Virus record (IMG/VR): IMGVR_UViG_3300001528_000425
Location: 1-64,000 of that record
DNA: 64,000 bases
Strand: one strand, 5' to 3'
Origin: a virus
Taxonomy: Duplodnaviria > Caudoviricetes
Below are positions 19,456-29,708 of this stretch, piece after piece. The first letter of the stretch is position 1. The number at the start of each line of letters is the position of its first letter. The notes under the pieces were generated by a model. The model was not told where the DNA came from and searched no databases. It saw only the letters and a list, made by a program, of their open reading frames with translations. The position numbers were made by a program, and so were the translations under genes.

Positions 19456-20274
19456 TCATGCTCCTTCATTGTAGGAGATCATTCTGATCGCAGGAGTAAT
19501 TTCTTTCCAGGAAATCTCCGTAGTGTCCTCATTGATATCAAGACAGAACGTATCCCGACAAACATGGAGATATTGCTTGGATGTAAATCCAATCTGGAAT
19601 GCTAGAAGTTTGGCGTCCATCTCCAGAAGCCGATAGAACGTGCATATCAGTGCAAGGAATTCCATCGGGAGATAAATGCCTTCCAACTGCGGGAAAGGAG
19701 AAGTCAAGCCGGAGAGACTCAGCTCTTCCACTTCGAACCATTCCCGATCCAGTTCGATGATGAGATTCCCGTCATCTTCTGGTTTGATGGACTTGAGTGC
19801 TCTGGAGAAGAACGATTCCGGACTGAAAGAGGTCGATTCATTCAGCCAGTCCTTATCGGTCCAATGGTTCTTTTCGAACCAAGCACGATACGGACTGTCC
19901 TTGTGAACAGCTCCGATCGGAATATCGTTCATGAAGAACGCATAAGAACCGTCGCATTCGAGATGCATAGCAGATGCTAAGCGTCTGGCAGCATGATCTT
20001 GATAAGCGAAGAGTCTCAGATTCTCCAACACACTCTGCCACATATGACCGAAGTTGAGAACGATGTCCTTATGGAACAAGCGATCACAGCCTGTCGCCAA
20101 CGTAGGATATACCTGTCGAATTACATCGATAGTGGCTTCAACCAAGTGATCTTCATCGATCAAATAGTCGCCACTATCGATACGTTTCATCCAACGATGA
20201 AGATGCAGTTTCTTCGTATAATCGAGTAAGAACTGCATCTTATCCTTAAGAGTAAATAACTGAGGTGTTGTCAT
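19456..20274 (-). CDS. Hypothetical protein (possible paralogue family)
   Basis: 272-aa ORF with ATGA overlap. Confidence 0.65.
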   Translation of the reverse strand: MTTPQLFTLKDKMQFLLDYTKKLHLHRWMKRIDSGDYLIDEDHLVEATIDVIRQVYPTLATGCDRLFHKDIVLNFGHMWQSVLENLRLFAYQDHAARRLASAMHLECDGSYAFFMNDIPIGAVHKDSPYRAWFEKNHWTDKDWLNESTSFSPESFFSRALKSIKPEDDGNLIIELDREWFEVEELSLSGLTSPFPQLEGIYLPMEFLALICTFYRLLEMDAKLLAFQIGFTSKQYLHVCRDTFCLDINEDTTEISWKEITPAIRMISYNEGA

Positions 20275-20507
20275 GTTGTCTTCTTTGATTCACGTGGTTT
20301 GTAGTAGTCAGTAGGTATCAACCAACTGATGATGGTTCGAATGAAGATATCCGTTAGAGCTACACAGACACAGAACCACCAGATCCAAGGACGCATTTCA
20401 TCGCTGTATTGGAGAAGGGTAAGTATCCATGTCACTCGTAACAGATTCTCGTACTGCCAATTGAGGAAGTCTCCGTTAGGATAACGAAGAAGGATCTTGA
20501 TCTTCAT
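20271..20507 (-). CDS. Small membrane protein
   Basis: 78 aa with hydrophobic segments; translationally coupled to the next gene. Confidence 0.5.
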   Translation of the reverse strand: MKIKILLRYPNGDFLNWQYENLLRVTWILTLLQYSDEMRPWIWWFCVCVALTDIFIRTIISWLIPTDYYKPRESKKTT

Positions 20508-20521
20508 CTTCTTTCAGATCC

Positions 20522-21361
20522 TCATTTCTCAGATTCCGTAGGAAGACTTCCCGTACATGCGGTACCCGGTAATGTACGGATGTATGACTCATACGGTTTC
20601 CAGAAATAAAGATCTCTGCATTCACTGTGTTCGAGTGTATATGAGGTACCAGGTATCACCAAAGTATCACCGCGCTTGGCACCTTTCTCGAATGCCATGT
20701 GCTGACACATCGTTGTCAGATTGGAGATCAGATACGCGAAATCATGCACCAGTCGCAGAGGAATCTTCATGCCATTGAACAGCGTGAGGCTCACTCTTTC
20801 GAATCGTTGTGCGTTCAATTGATAAACCACACTACTCTGGTATTTGATAGCATCGACTCGTTTGACGGACTCGATCAAAGGTTCAATGGTATTGACCAAT
20901 TCCGCATCGTCTTTAAGTACGATCCAGTCTTCCGGTCCACCAGCATTCTTCATCCTCTCCCGACGGTACCACCAAGCTGATTCCGAGAATCCCGTTATTG
21001 TCGGTTTCAGGCAAATACCGAGATTACATCCTCGTAGATTGATCACGTGCGTCCAACGATCTTCATCTCCAGTCTTGATAAGATTATACTTGCGGACGAT
21101 CTCGCAGAATGATCTCCAGATCCGATCACAGTTGACGGCGTACGGTAGCAGCATGAAATCGGCACCACGGTGACGTGTTCCGAAGATTTTGTAATCGTAC
21201 TGCATGAGTACGTCGTAATACCGGAGATCGTACACTCGGTAAGTTGTGTTATTACCGATCAGATTAGGTAAGATCTCGATAGGAAGCCACTTCTCTCGAT
21301 CGAGTTCCCTCCTGCTATCGGTTATGAGGTGAATCGCTTGTTCTACTTTTAGCTTAGCCAT
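20522..21361 (-). CDS. Hypothetical protein (possible paralogue family)
   Basis: Start reassigned to MAKLKVEQ at 21361 (AAGGAG RBS). Confidence 0.65.
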   Translation of the reverse strand: MAKLKVEQAIHLITDSRRELDREKWLPIEILPNLIGNNTTYRVYDLRYYDVLMQYDYKIFGTRHRGADFMLLPYAVNCDRIWRSFCEIVRKYNLIKTGDEDRWTHVINLRGCNLGICLKPTITGFSESAWWYRRERMKNAGGPEDWIVLKDDAELVNTIEPLIESVKRVDAIKYQSSVVYQLNAQRFERVSLTLFNGMKIPLRLVHDFAYLISNLTTMCQHMAFEKGAKRGDTLVIPGTSYTLEHSECRDLYFWKPYESYIRTLPGTACTGSLPTESEK

Positions 21362-21437
21362 CTTGTGCTCCTTTGGGTTAGATGGTTTATAAAGGAGGAG
21401 AAGACATTTCTCCTCGTTCATTACAGTGATCTATATT

Positions 21438-22985
21438 TCAGAACAGATCGATTACTCGAGTCGCCTTTGCTGATTCCATGTCTTCCGGAGCATCGTCAGT
21501 AAAGATATCAGGTACCGACATGTCCTTACCATTGATGTCGTCCAAGATACCGAACTTCGTGAACCGATAGGCACAATACTTGTCTTCCGGTGATACGATG
21601 TAGTATCGCATCTTGTTCGATACATCTGTCAAGTAAGGTATACCGAGATGGTTGGTCTCGATCTCTTGGAACCAGAGACAATCTAGTTCTCGTTTCATTC
21701 CTTTACAGTCAGCCAGATGTGCTTCACCGAATCGCTTCACGATGTTGGTGCAACCACTAGTGGCCAACTTGGCAGCTTCTGTCTCCAACTGCAGACCCGT
21801 GTAAATGTAAGTATCCCGATGGTTGCCCCAGTTGTGGAATCGTTCGCCCAACATCTGGATTTGTTTGGCATCGACATAGTTCTTGTCTTCGGGACATCTC
21901 TTGCACAGGGTGATATAGTCCAATCCGAGAGCCACTACTTTCGCATTGTGGGCTTGTTCGTATTGCTCCACATACTCTACCGTTTCCCGATATCCGAAGT
22001 CTTCTCCCATCCGTCGAAGTACGACCAACTGGAATCCTTTCTTACCGAATTCCTTGTAGACGTATTCCACGATCTCCGTATCCGATAATCCATCCGGATC
22101 TCTCTGGTAGATGTTACAATACGCCGTCTTGAACCACATCATCAGATTCTCATGGATCTCGTTCTCCAGTGATACAAACATGACAACCGGAGTTCTCCCT
22201 CCAGTATCCGGAGGAGTATTGTGACAACAGATCCATCTGGTGATATCCACCAGGATACCGGATTTGTAATGATGTGATCTTGCTGCGATTGCATGGAAGG
22301 TTCCATAGGGAACGCCTCTCTGCGGACCGAACATTCGATTCTGTCCTTGTAAGCCGAACTTAATGATCGCACAATCGCGTTTCTTACGGTTGGCTTGCAA
22401 CGCCTTCATGATCGAATCTTTGTCGCTGAAATCGATACAATCGATCGGAGCTCCTTCACGATCTTCAAAGTCCGACGTATCCGATACTTCATTCGAAGTT
22501 GCCTTGATACCATCGATCAACTCTTGGATGACGATCTCTCTGGTAACTTCATCAGCGGTAGCCGCCTTCATGCTGATCCCGAGTAACTTCCTGATCTTGG
22601 AATTGCACCGTGCCCAGATCACATGGTTCTTGATGTTCTTCCAGAGAGTGTCGATACGTCGTTTACTCACACTCTCTTCTGATGTAAGCAATCTCGTGAT
22701 CTCCGGAAGTAACGACTTGTCAGCTTTCACTGCAGGTTCGTTGGCGAACTTCAGTAACATGGCAGCCAATTCACTCTTGTTCGATAAGTCGATATCTCCG
22801 GACAAGATATCTTTCAGAAGTTTTACGTAGAACACATTCAACGGAGTGATGATAGCTTTATCATCTTTCGAGATCTCCGTGAACATCTTGACGACTGCTT
22901 CCATCAGTCTTCGTGTCTCTTTCCCTGGAGCATAAGCTGCCAGACAAAGTGTATTCAGATAAACATCCCCAGATTTTACGATCAT
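21438..22985 (-). CDS. dnaB: DnaB-like replicative helicase
   Basis: 515 aa; ARSHHYKSG Walker A variant, FVSLEN, LDYI, TGLQL, KRELD; divergent from the capsid operon as in phiKZ. Confidence 0.85.
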   Translation of the reverse strand: MIVKSGDVYLNTLCLAAYAPGKETRRLMEAVVKMFTEISKDDKAIITPLNVFYVKLLKDILSGDIDLSNKSELAAMLLKFANEPAVKADKSLLPEITRLLTSEESVSKRRIDTLWKNIKNHVIWARCNSKIRKLLGISMKAATADEVTREIVIQELIDGIKATSNEVSDTSDFEDREGAPIDCIDFSDKDSIMKALQANRKKRDCAIIKFGLQGQNRMFGPQRGVPYGTFHAIAARSHHYKSGILVDITRWICCHNTPPDTGGRTPVVMFVSLENEIHENLMMWFKTAYCNIYQRDPDGLSDTEIVEYVYKEFGKKGFQLVVLRRMGEDFGYRETVEYVEQYEQAHNAKVVALGLDYITLCKRCPEDKNYVDAKQIQMLGERFHNWGNHRDTYIYTGLQLETEAAKLATSGCTNIVKRFGEAHLADCKGMKRELDCLWFQEIETNHLGIPYLTDVSNKMRYYIVSPEDKYCAYRFTKFGILDDINGKDMSVPDIFTDDAPEDMESAKATRVIDLF

Positions 22986-23004
22986 AAATCCACGTGTCCT
23001 TTGT

Positions 23005-24693
23005 ATGCCTTTGGTTTCTTTCCATCATTATATGGAAGATTTCTGTAATTATTTAACATCTCCAACAGGAGCTACATCGATGATCTCGTTTATCAAATAC
23101 ATCACCACCCGTCGTTTTGACTCCTGGGACGAAGATCCCCGGAGCGCTTATGACGCTCTCACACTTCCCCAACGTGCTGAATTCCTGTTGGGCCAAGCGT
23201 GTATCATCAATTACCTCGACCGCATGTACGGCATCGATCCGAATCCGTTCCTGACCTACTATCGCAATTACGTCCGTCTTCTGGCCAAACTCTTGTACCA
23301 GGATGCGAAAGCGTTGCGGTCGGATATCGGGGAGGATATTATGTACTCGGTGGACAACGCCGAAACGCTGCTCAATCCGCTCCCCGGAGAATATGGTGCT
23401 CCGTTGGCCGACAAGGTTGACCAAGCCCACATCGTCGAAACGTTGTTCGGTCAGGACGCTTCCAAAGAGATCCCCATGCCGGTGGTTCCGGCATTCCTGA
23501 TTCCTTATTTGCACTTCATCAACTGCCAAGTACGTCGGCGCCTCGATGATTCCACTTATGTATTGGAGTCCTATCGGTTCGCTTACGGAGAACCGGCTCT
23601 TTTGCCTGCGATCCAGATGAATGGCCAATTGCTCCGTGTCGAGTACAACTGTGGCGCCAACCGCGTCTTGACCTTCGAACTCGATCCGGGTGTGCTGAAT
23701 AACCAGCTGTACCGGCCTTATCCGATCCTGCAATGGTTCGGATGTTTCCGCTGGAATGGTTGGAGCATCGCTGAGATCCTCGGCTGTCTCGCTGCCATGA
23801 ATATCAGTGGAGATGAAGCCGATACGAAATCCCCATGTTCTCAACTATTATATGCACTCTACTGTCGTGTATTTGGTTGGAAACCGGCATTTACGACGGA
23901 AGTCGTACTCAATCATATGATGCGCAATGCGATCAAAGGGTTCATCCTTGAACTCTACAATCGTGATGGCATCTCGATGAGCGATCGGTCTATCCTTGCC
24001 AACATACTCGGCTGTGGAACTGATGAAGAACGCAAGCTCGCAGCATACTTCGCTTCGGCCGATGCCACGGTCATAAGTCAGGAAGCTTACCAGGCTTTCA
24101 AGACTTCGGAGTGGAAGGATGTGAAAGAATTAGATATTACGTTCCAAAACACCGCCGCTGAGGAGGATACTGATCCCGATACTACTAAGGATCAGACATC
24201 GGAAGAAGGGGATACAGATCCCAACCAAGATGAAATCTCTCAGACCGAAGAAGGAACTGGCGAAGAAGGAGAAGAGGACCCCAACGAGGATATCGGTCGC
24301 GCCGAAGGAATCAATGGGGATACCACTACTCCGGAACTGCCAGGCGATGATGAGACCACCGAAGGAACCGGAGAACCGGGGACGGGCGAAAACGACACAC
24401 GCACACAAACCCTCCCGCCCCCTGTCACCGACGACAAACGTGGTATCAAACTCGCATTCGCTTCTTTGGATGACGAGACGCCAGATTCGATCATGTTCCG
24501 TCTTGAGATGGAAGCTCTGATCGACTCGATTCTGACGAATCCTCCGAAGAACATGACACCGCAACGTGTACAGCTGCTGTCAATGATTAAGAGTCGATTG
24601 TTGTATCTGTTGCATATATCGTCTCTTCGCGACGTAGTGGCAATTGCCACGAAACTACCGGTAGCCTTCAAAAAATTCAAATCATTGGAGTAA
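23005..24693 (+). CDS. Virion-associated protein upstream of major capsid, with long acidic linker
   Basis: 562 aa; D/E/T-rich low-complexity region; position between helicase and capsid gene. Confidence 0.6.
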   Translation: MPLVSFHHYMEDFCNYLTSPTGATSMISFIKYITTRRFDSWDEDPRSAYDALTLPQRAEFLLGQACIINYLDRMYGIDPNPFLTYYRNYVRLLAKLLYQDAKALRSDIGEDIMYSVDNAETLLNPLPGEYGAPLADKVDQAHIVETLFGQDASKEIPMPVVPAFLIPYLHFINCQVRRRLDDSTYVLESYRFAYGEPALLPAIQMNGQLLRVEYNCGANRVLTFELDPGVLNNQLYRPYPILQWFGCFRWNGWSIAEILGCLAAMNISGDEADTKSPCSQLLYALYCRVFGWKPAFTTEVVLNHMMRNAIKGFILELYNRDGISMSDRSILANILGCGTDEERKLAAYFASADATVISQEAYQAFKTSEWKDVKELDITFQNTAAEEDTDPDTTKDQTSEEGDTDPNQDEISQTEEGTGEEGEEDPNEDIGRAEGINGDTTTPELPGDDETTEGTGEPGTGENDTRTQTLPPPVTDDKRGIKLAFASLDDETPDSIMFRLEMEALIDSILTNPPKNMTPQRVQLLSMIKSRLLYLLHISSLRDVVAIATKLPVAFKKFKSLE

Positions 24694-24698
24694 TGTAA

Positions 24699-26912
24699 AT
24701 GTCCAAAGCAAATCAAAAAGACGTCCTGGCGACTTGGATGAGCAATGTCGATCGGCATGCTCTCAGCCAGAACAATGACCCGATGCCTGAAGACATCGTT
24801 GGTGCGGCCCGTTGGGTCGGTCAGAAGGTGGAAGACTTCCTCCGCAACGCCGGTCTGGTCAACATCCGTCGGGATGAAGAGAAAGACCTTACCATCTGCG
24901 CTGCGAACGAAAATTTCCAGGTCTCCGCGATGAACGAAGTCGTCGGCATGGACGGCGTGTTCAGCCTTATCGAATCCGTCGGCGTTGCCGCTCCCTATCG
25001 CACCTCCTGTGCGAAGCGCATCGGTGCCATCATGCGTGCTCAGCTCGGTCAGGGCAGCAATGAAGGCGTCTGGAGCAACTACAACAAGGCCGGCTCTGCC
25101 GACAGCAATCGCAGCACCATTCCGCTGGAACAGATTTATCCCTCCGCCATTCTCGGCGACATCCGCAACACTGCGCAGGACGTGACCGCCGCTCAGGAAG
25201 CGTTCGGTATCAGCATGGACAAGATCCAGCCCGACATGAAGCTTTCGATGACCGTCACTCTGATGCAGTACATCACCAGCTTCACCCCGCGGGTGGTTCC
25301 GATCGTCTCGACTTCGCAGCCGGACGTGACCATCGAACGCGAAGTGAACTCGGTCCTCGACATGAGCGATCCGAAATCGCGCCACGTCCGCATGATCGAA
25401 CTCTACCGCAAGCCGGCCATGGTCAGCTCGGTGCTGAAGCGCATCCATCCGCTGACTGAGAACGACGCTGACGGCGTCTATCTGGTCGACGACGACATCA
25501 TCAAGTTCGGCGTCTCCGCGCATCTGCAGGAACTCGCCCTGATCGAAGGCAAGCCGGGTTGGGACCGTTTCAACCACACCGACATCGTCGCTGACCAGGT
25601 CGAATTCGATGAAGTGATCCTCCAGCTGAGCAAGGCCGCCGGCACTGATCCCGGCACGGAACCCGCTGTCAACGAGCAGTTCCGTATCCGCATCCCGCGC
25701 AGCCGTGCCCGTTTCGTACGGAACAGCAACAGCAAGTCTTCGGATCGTTTCGCGCATACCGAATACAGCGTCGTGCTCGACAAGAACACCAAGATGATCC
25801 CGGCCGCTTCCGGCGGCAGCGAGACCTCCACCATCCTCGCCGGCCTGGCCTCCGAGAATGACGGTATCGCCGTTGACATCATCATCTCCGGTCACATCAA
25901 TCTGGAAACTTCCGTCATCGACGCCCAGCCGCAGATCACTCTCCGCGGCATCACTCGCGTTGCCGGCGCCGAAGTTGCGACGACCACGACTGAACTGGTC
26001 AAGGCTCTGGAAGGCTCGGAACTCGTCGGTTACACCGTCGATGCCCAGTACAGCGAGGAAAACCTCCGCAAGACCACTCTGCGCAGCAGCCTGGATCGCA
26101 GCTCCCTGAACTACACCCTGCCGACCGGTCGTGCGATCGTGATCGACTGGGCGTATGGTCAGGATGCGGCGTCCAATGCGGCGGCGCGTCTGGCGCAGAT
26201 CGAGCACATCGGCCGCGACATCAAGAACCTCGAAATCATCGACCGCGTCTCCGACCACGTCAATGACGAGCTCAAGATGATCGACAACAACCCCGGCGCT
26301 TTCGAGAACACGCTCGGCGCGCAGTATGCGGCTGGCGATCTGGTCAACCCGTTCGTCTTCGTCGACACCATCGACTTCTCGAAGGTGCTCGCGGTGCGTT
26401 CGGCTGACAGCAGCGGCGACATCAAGCAGTATGTCCGCACCAAGCTGAACGCGGTCACCTCGCTGATGCTCTCCCGTTCGCTGTACAACACCCAGCTCGC
26501 GAACGGCGCCAAGCCGGTGTTCCGCTGCCTGACCTCCGAATACGTCAAGGGCAATGCTCTGATGTGCCGGCAGATCCACGCGCATCTGGACGTCGTCCCG
26601 ACGGCCGGCTCCGGTGTGGAATACGTCATGGACCTCGACAACGGCGTCCGCCTCGAGATCGTCACCACGACCTTCGAATCGATGGACAACCGCATGCTCA
26701 TCATGCCGTTCGTTGCGAACAGCAACTCCGTCCTCAACTGGGGTCTGAACTACGACCAGGGCACCATGATCGGCAACTACACGTCTTCGCACGACGGTCT
26801 CCATCAGCGGGTCTTCGCGACCACTCGCGAAATGCTGATCCCGACCGACGTTCTGATCGCGAAGCTCGACGTTGTCGGTCTGGACACGGTCACCAATCTG
26901 TACAGCAACTAA
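24699..26912 (+). CDS. Major capsid protein
   Basis: 737 aa, extreme codon bias consistent with very high expression, A-N-E and A-Q-E propeptide cleavage motifs, size and synteny like phiKZ gp120. Confidence 0.8.
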   Translation: MSKANQKDVLATWMSNVDRHALSQNNDPMPEDIVGAARWVGQKVEDFLRNAGLVNIRRDEEKDLTICAANENFQVSAMNEVVGMDGVFSLIESVGVAAPYRTSCAKRIGAIMRAQLGQGSNEGVWSNYNKAGSADSNRSTIPLEQIYPSAILGDIRNTAQDVTAAQEAFGISMDKIQPDMKLSMTVTLMQYITSFTPRVVPIVSTSQPDVTIEREVNSVLDMSDPKSRHVRMIELYRKPAMVSSVLKRIHPLTENDADGVYLVDDDIIKFGVSAHLQELALIEGKPGWDRFNHTDIVADQVEFDEVILQLSKAAGTDPGTEPAVNEQFRIRIPRSRARFVRNSNSKSSDRFAHTEYSVVLDKNTKMIPAASGGSETSTILAGLASENDGIAVDIIISGHINLETSVIDAQPQITLRGITRVAGAEVATTTTELVKALEGSELVGYTVDAQYSEENLRKTTLRSSLDRSSLNYTLPTGRAIVIDWAYGQDAASNAAARLAQIEHIGRDIKNLEIIDRVSDHVNDELKMIDNNPGAFENTLGAQYAAGDLVNPFVFVDTIDFSKVLAVRSADSSGDIKQYVRTKLNAVTSLMLSRSLYNTQLANGAKPVFRCLTSEYVKGNALMCRQIHAHLDVVPTAGSGVEYVMDLDNGVRLEIVTTTFESMDNRMLIMPFVANSNSVLNWGLNYDQGTMIGNYTSSHDGLHQRVFATTREMLIPTDVLIAKLDVVGLDTVTNLYSN

Positions 26913-27055
26913 GCTGTGCATGAGGTGTTGAGCAATTGACACCTCTTAGACGTGATGCAAGTAACGTACTGGGTGGTGGTGGCAACACCCCACCCAGTAC
27001 GTGCTTTTATTCATATCTCGGTATCTATACAACATCAACTAAGGAGAAGGTCCAA

Positions 27056-27328
27056 ATGGAAGCTGAAGCGAACACCAAGAAGACTCCGAAACAGAAACTC
27101 TTCGCCGTCATTCGTTACATCCTCGCGATCGCTGCTGGCGCCGCCATCGGCATCGGTGCCGAGAAACTCGGTGTCGAAGACAAGGAAGCTGTCGAACAGG
27201 TCAAGGTCGTTGTCACCGAAACCATCAAGGGCAATGAAGTGACCGAAGAGCAGAAAGAAGCCGCCAAAGAAGCGGCGAAAGAAGTGGTCAAGGAAGCCGT
27301 CAAGAAACAGGTCGAAGAGAAGAAATAA
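27056..27328 (+). CDS. Small membrane-anchored protein
   Basis: ATG 27056 with AAGGAG RBS; TM helix ILAIAAGAAIGIGA followed by K/E-rich helix. Confidence 0.65.
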   Translation: MEAEANTKKTPKQKLFAVIRYILAIAAGAAIGIGAEKLGVEDKEAVEQVKVVVTETIKGNEVTEEQKEAAKEAAKEVVKEAVKKQVEEKK

Positions 27329-27419
27329 CCACCTGTCCGGTTACCTTGAACAAAAAATAAACGATACGAAGTACTCCAGAGAGTAGGGAATTCCCTACTC
27401 TCTGGAGGCTTATTTTGCT

Positions 27420-28106
27420 TCAGTTGTGATCGTATTTACTTTCCCAGATGATCGTCTCTTCTTGAGAGATATGACTGTAAGGTTTGGTCGTATAGATGCG
27501 CATTAACTGCAATGATTCATTGGGATCGGATTTGTCTTCATCCGGTTCCACAAATTCGATCAGATCTCGGACTAATCCAGACCATGCGCTGTCCTTCAGA
27601 TTGCATCGCGCGGATCGACACACGATATCATTTAAGGCATTCGATCTCAAGTAATGAACGAACCCTTTGGTGTACAACTCGAGATGTACAAGTGGAGAGA
27701 AGTCCGGATGCATCATACTCCCACCGCCATCGTTGAATTGGCCAAGTCGCAGCTTCAGGTAAATGTTCCTACTCTTATCCTCCGACATGTATTTCATGAC
27801 AATACATTCATCAGAGTCCATTAAGAACGACAAGATGCGTTCTTCTCTGGAAAGAGAGGAAGGTTTACCGTTATCTTCGATAGCAAACCAATAGTGCAAA
27901 AGTGCACGCTTGAAATCTTTGATATTCGCAACCGGACAAAGATTGTAATTCTCTGCATGTAACATACATCTTAGATGAAGCAAGATCTTGCCCAACGTTG
28001 CTGCTTCCGGAGAATCCGGTTGAATATAGGGTACGCGGATGACGTTGTATTTAGATATCATAAGGAGATTCCTTTCACTGTAAAGATCTCGTTGTTTCGT
28101 TTTCAA
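27420..28106 (-). CDS. Hypothetical protein
   Basis: ORF up to 228 aa; start uncertain. Confidence 0.55.
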   Translation of the reverse strand: MKTKQRDLYSERNLLMISKYNVIRVPYIQPDSPEAATLGKILLHLRCMLHAENYNLCPVANIKDFKRALLHYWFAIEDNGKPSSLSREERILSFLMDSDECIVMKYMSEDKSRNIYLKLRLGQFNDGGGSMMHPDFSPLVHLELYTKGFVHYLRSNALNDIVCRSARCNLKDSAWSGLVRDLIEFVEPDEDKSDPNESLQLMRIYTTKPYSHISQEETIIWESKYDHN

Positions 28107-28428
28107 GACGTTCGATAATGATCTCGAAGTCGTGTTCTCTGATCCTATAAACTCCTTCCGGTTCCACCTTATCCTCGAAACTCAGAAGCGGTACTTCACG
28201 TCGAATGACAGCAATGTACAGCATTTCTTCCGGTGTATAGTCAATATCAGAACCGATGCAATCCGGAAGTGGAATCGAATCGATCGGTTCCCACTTGAGT
28301 AAGATGATATTTAATACCTTATCACCTTTCTCCATTTTGGTATCGCGTTTTAGCAATCGCCAACCTTCGGGAACCTTGACGTACTTATCTTTCGGTCCGT
28401 ATTTGATGATAGTCATGACGACCTCCAT
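28075..28428 (-). CDS. Hypothetical protein (N-terminus similar to 28579-28929)
   Basis: VPEGWRLLKRDTKMEKGDKV. Confidence 0.6.
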   Translation of the reverse strand: MEVVMTIIKYGPKDKYVKVPEGWRLLKRDTKMEKGDKVLNIILLKWEPIDSIPLPDCIGSDIDYTPEEMLYIAVIRREVPLLSFEDKVEPEGVYRIREHDFEIIIERLENETTRSLQ

Positions 28429-28578
28429 AAATGTATAAAGGAGGGGAGGGAGTCTGCAGACTCCCTCCCCTGTAGGTTATGATGGTTCCGTTAGCAAGAA
28501 ACATGAGCTTAAGGAATCATGGACTGTGACCATGTGTCTCAGTTTCCGCTGACCGCACGGTTTCCTGGCGGATAGGGA

Positions 28579-28929
28579 TCATCCCATCTTGACGATATGA
28601 CCATCTTCAAGCTTGTATTCGCCACAACCGAGCATGCTGTTTTGATAATCGGTCATCTCTTCGATCCAGTCGGGATTGATTCGTACATCTCCGTCCACAA
28701 TCACATCCTGTGGATGCTCCGCGTTAGGTTTGTGGATCGGTCTGATGATCACCTTCGACTTGAGATCGAGAGGAGTTTTACCGATCTGGTCATCCGGAAG
28801 CACGTAGCACGAATCATCCTTGAATCCAACAACTCTATCGGACGGAAGGATCTCTACATCTTCTTTCAGAATCTGATATCCTTCCGGTAGGACAACCATT
28901 CTGTTTTTATGATGAACGATACTTCTCAT
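28579..28929 (-). CDS. Hypothetical protein (N-terminus similar to 28075-28428)
   Basis: LPEGYQILKEDVEILPSDRV. Confidence 0.6.
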   Translation of the reverse strand: MRSIVHHKNRMVVLPEGYQILKEDVEILPSDRVVGFKDDSCYVLPDDQIGKTPLDLKSKVIIRPIHKPNAEHPQDVIVDGDVRINPDWIEEMTDYQNSMLGCGEYKLEDGHIVKMG

Positions 28930-29708
28930 ATGACAACAGAACCTCCTTCCGGGATCTGGTGAAATAGACGCTCTTCTTCAACACCCTTGGAAGACACGTT
29001 GACCTCCTGGCAGATATGATGAGTCGTCTCAAGGAAGACGAGTTTGTCGCGATCAGATGATTCATCCGTATACGGCCACACCGTAACCTGGTACATCACC
29101 GAAGGCAGGCTGTAATCAGCCGTCACGCCAGTGATTTTGACGCGCCAGTATTTGGTCTGATCGAACCTGGACTGCAGATAGGCGAACTCGCCGATCGCAT
29201 ACTTCACAGATTTCTGATTCAGTACGATCGGATAGAACTCGGTGAACACTCCCGTGCGGGCATTCTGCACCAGTGATTTGTTGTTTTCCATCACGGCCAG
29301 CCGTACATTCAGAGAAGCTCCCAGAGGCAGCGGAGTCGACACGTGCTGTGTCACGACAACGAGGAACTCGCACTGCTTATTACCGAGATGGTTCCCGTAG
29401 AAGGAGAACCAGGAACGAAGGTAGCCGAATACTTCCTGAGATTGGAGAATGACATTCGAAGGCAGTGCTTCGAATTCCATCTTCACATTCTCGATCGTTC
29501 CGGTACCGTCCATGAACTCCCGGACGGAAGCCCGGAAGATGCCGGGTATCTCAACGATAGCGGCGAGTTGTTTGAGGGTCAGTTTGGATTCTTTGCTCAG
29601 GGTCATAACTCTGTCAACATCCGAGCCCGGGTAGTCCTTATGGATAAGGTGCATCTCCGGGTCGTTGATGATCATTTCGAGCTTCTCGGATTCATTGTAT
29701 TGGTTCAT
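28926..29708 (-). CDS. Hypothetical protein
   Basis: 260-aa ORF in a tightly packed minus-strand array. Confidence 0.65.
   Translation of the reverse strand: MNQYNESEKLEMIINDPEMHLIHKDYPGSDVDRVMTLSKESKLTLKQLAAIVEIPGIFRASVREFMDGTGTIENVKMEFEALPSNVILQSQEVFGYLRSWFSFYGNHLGNKQCEFLVVVTQHVSTPLPLGASLNVRLAVMENNKSLVQNARTGVFTEFYPIVLNQKSVKYAIGEFAYLQSRFDQTKYWRVKITGVTADYSLPSVMYQVTVWPYTDESSDRDKLVFLETTHHICQEVNVSSKGVEEERLFHQIPEGGSVVI

Noticed and set aside
24240-26942. 900-aa antisense ORF over the capsid gene
   Set aside because: Shadow frame explained by strong codon bias on the sense strand; no RBS or recognisable motifs
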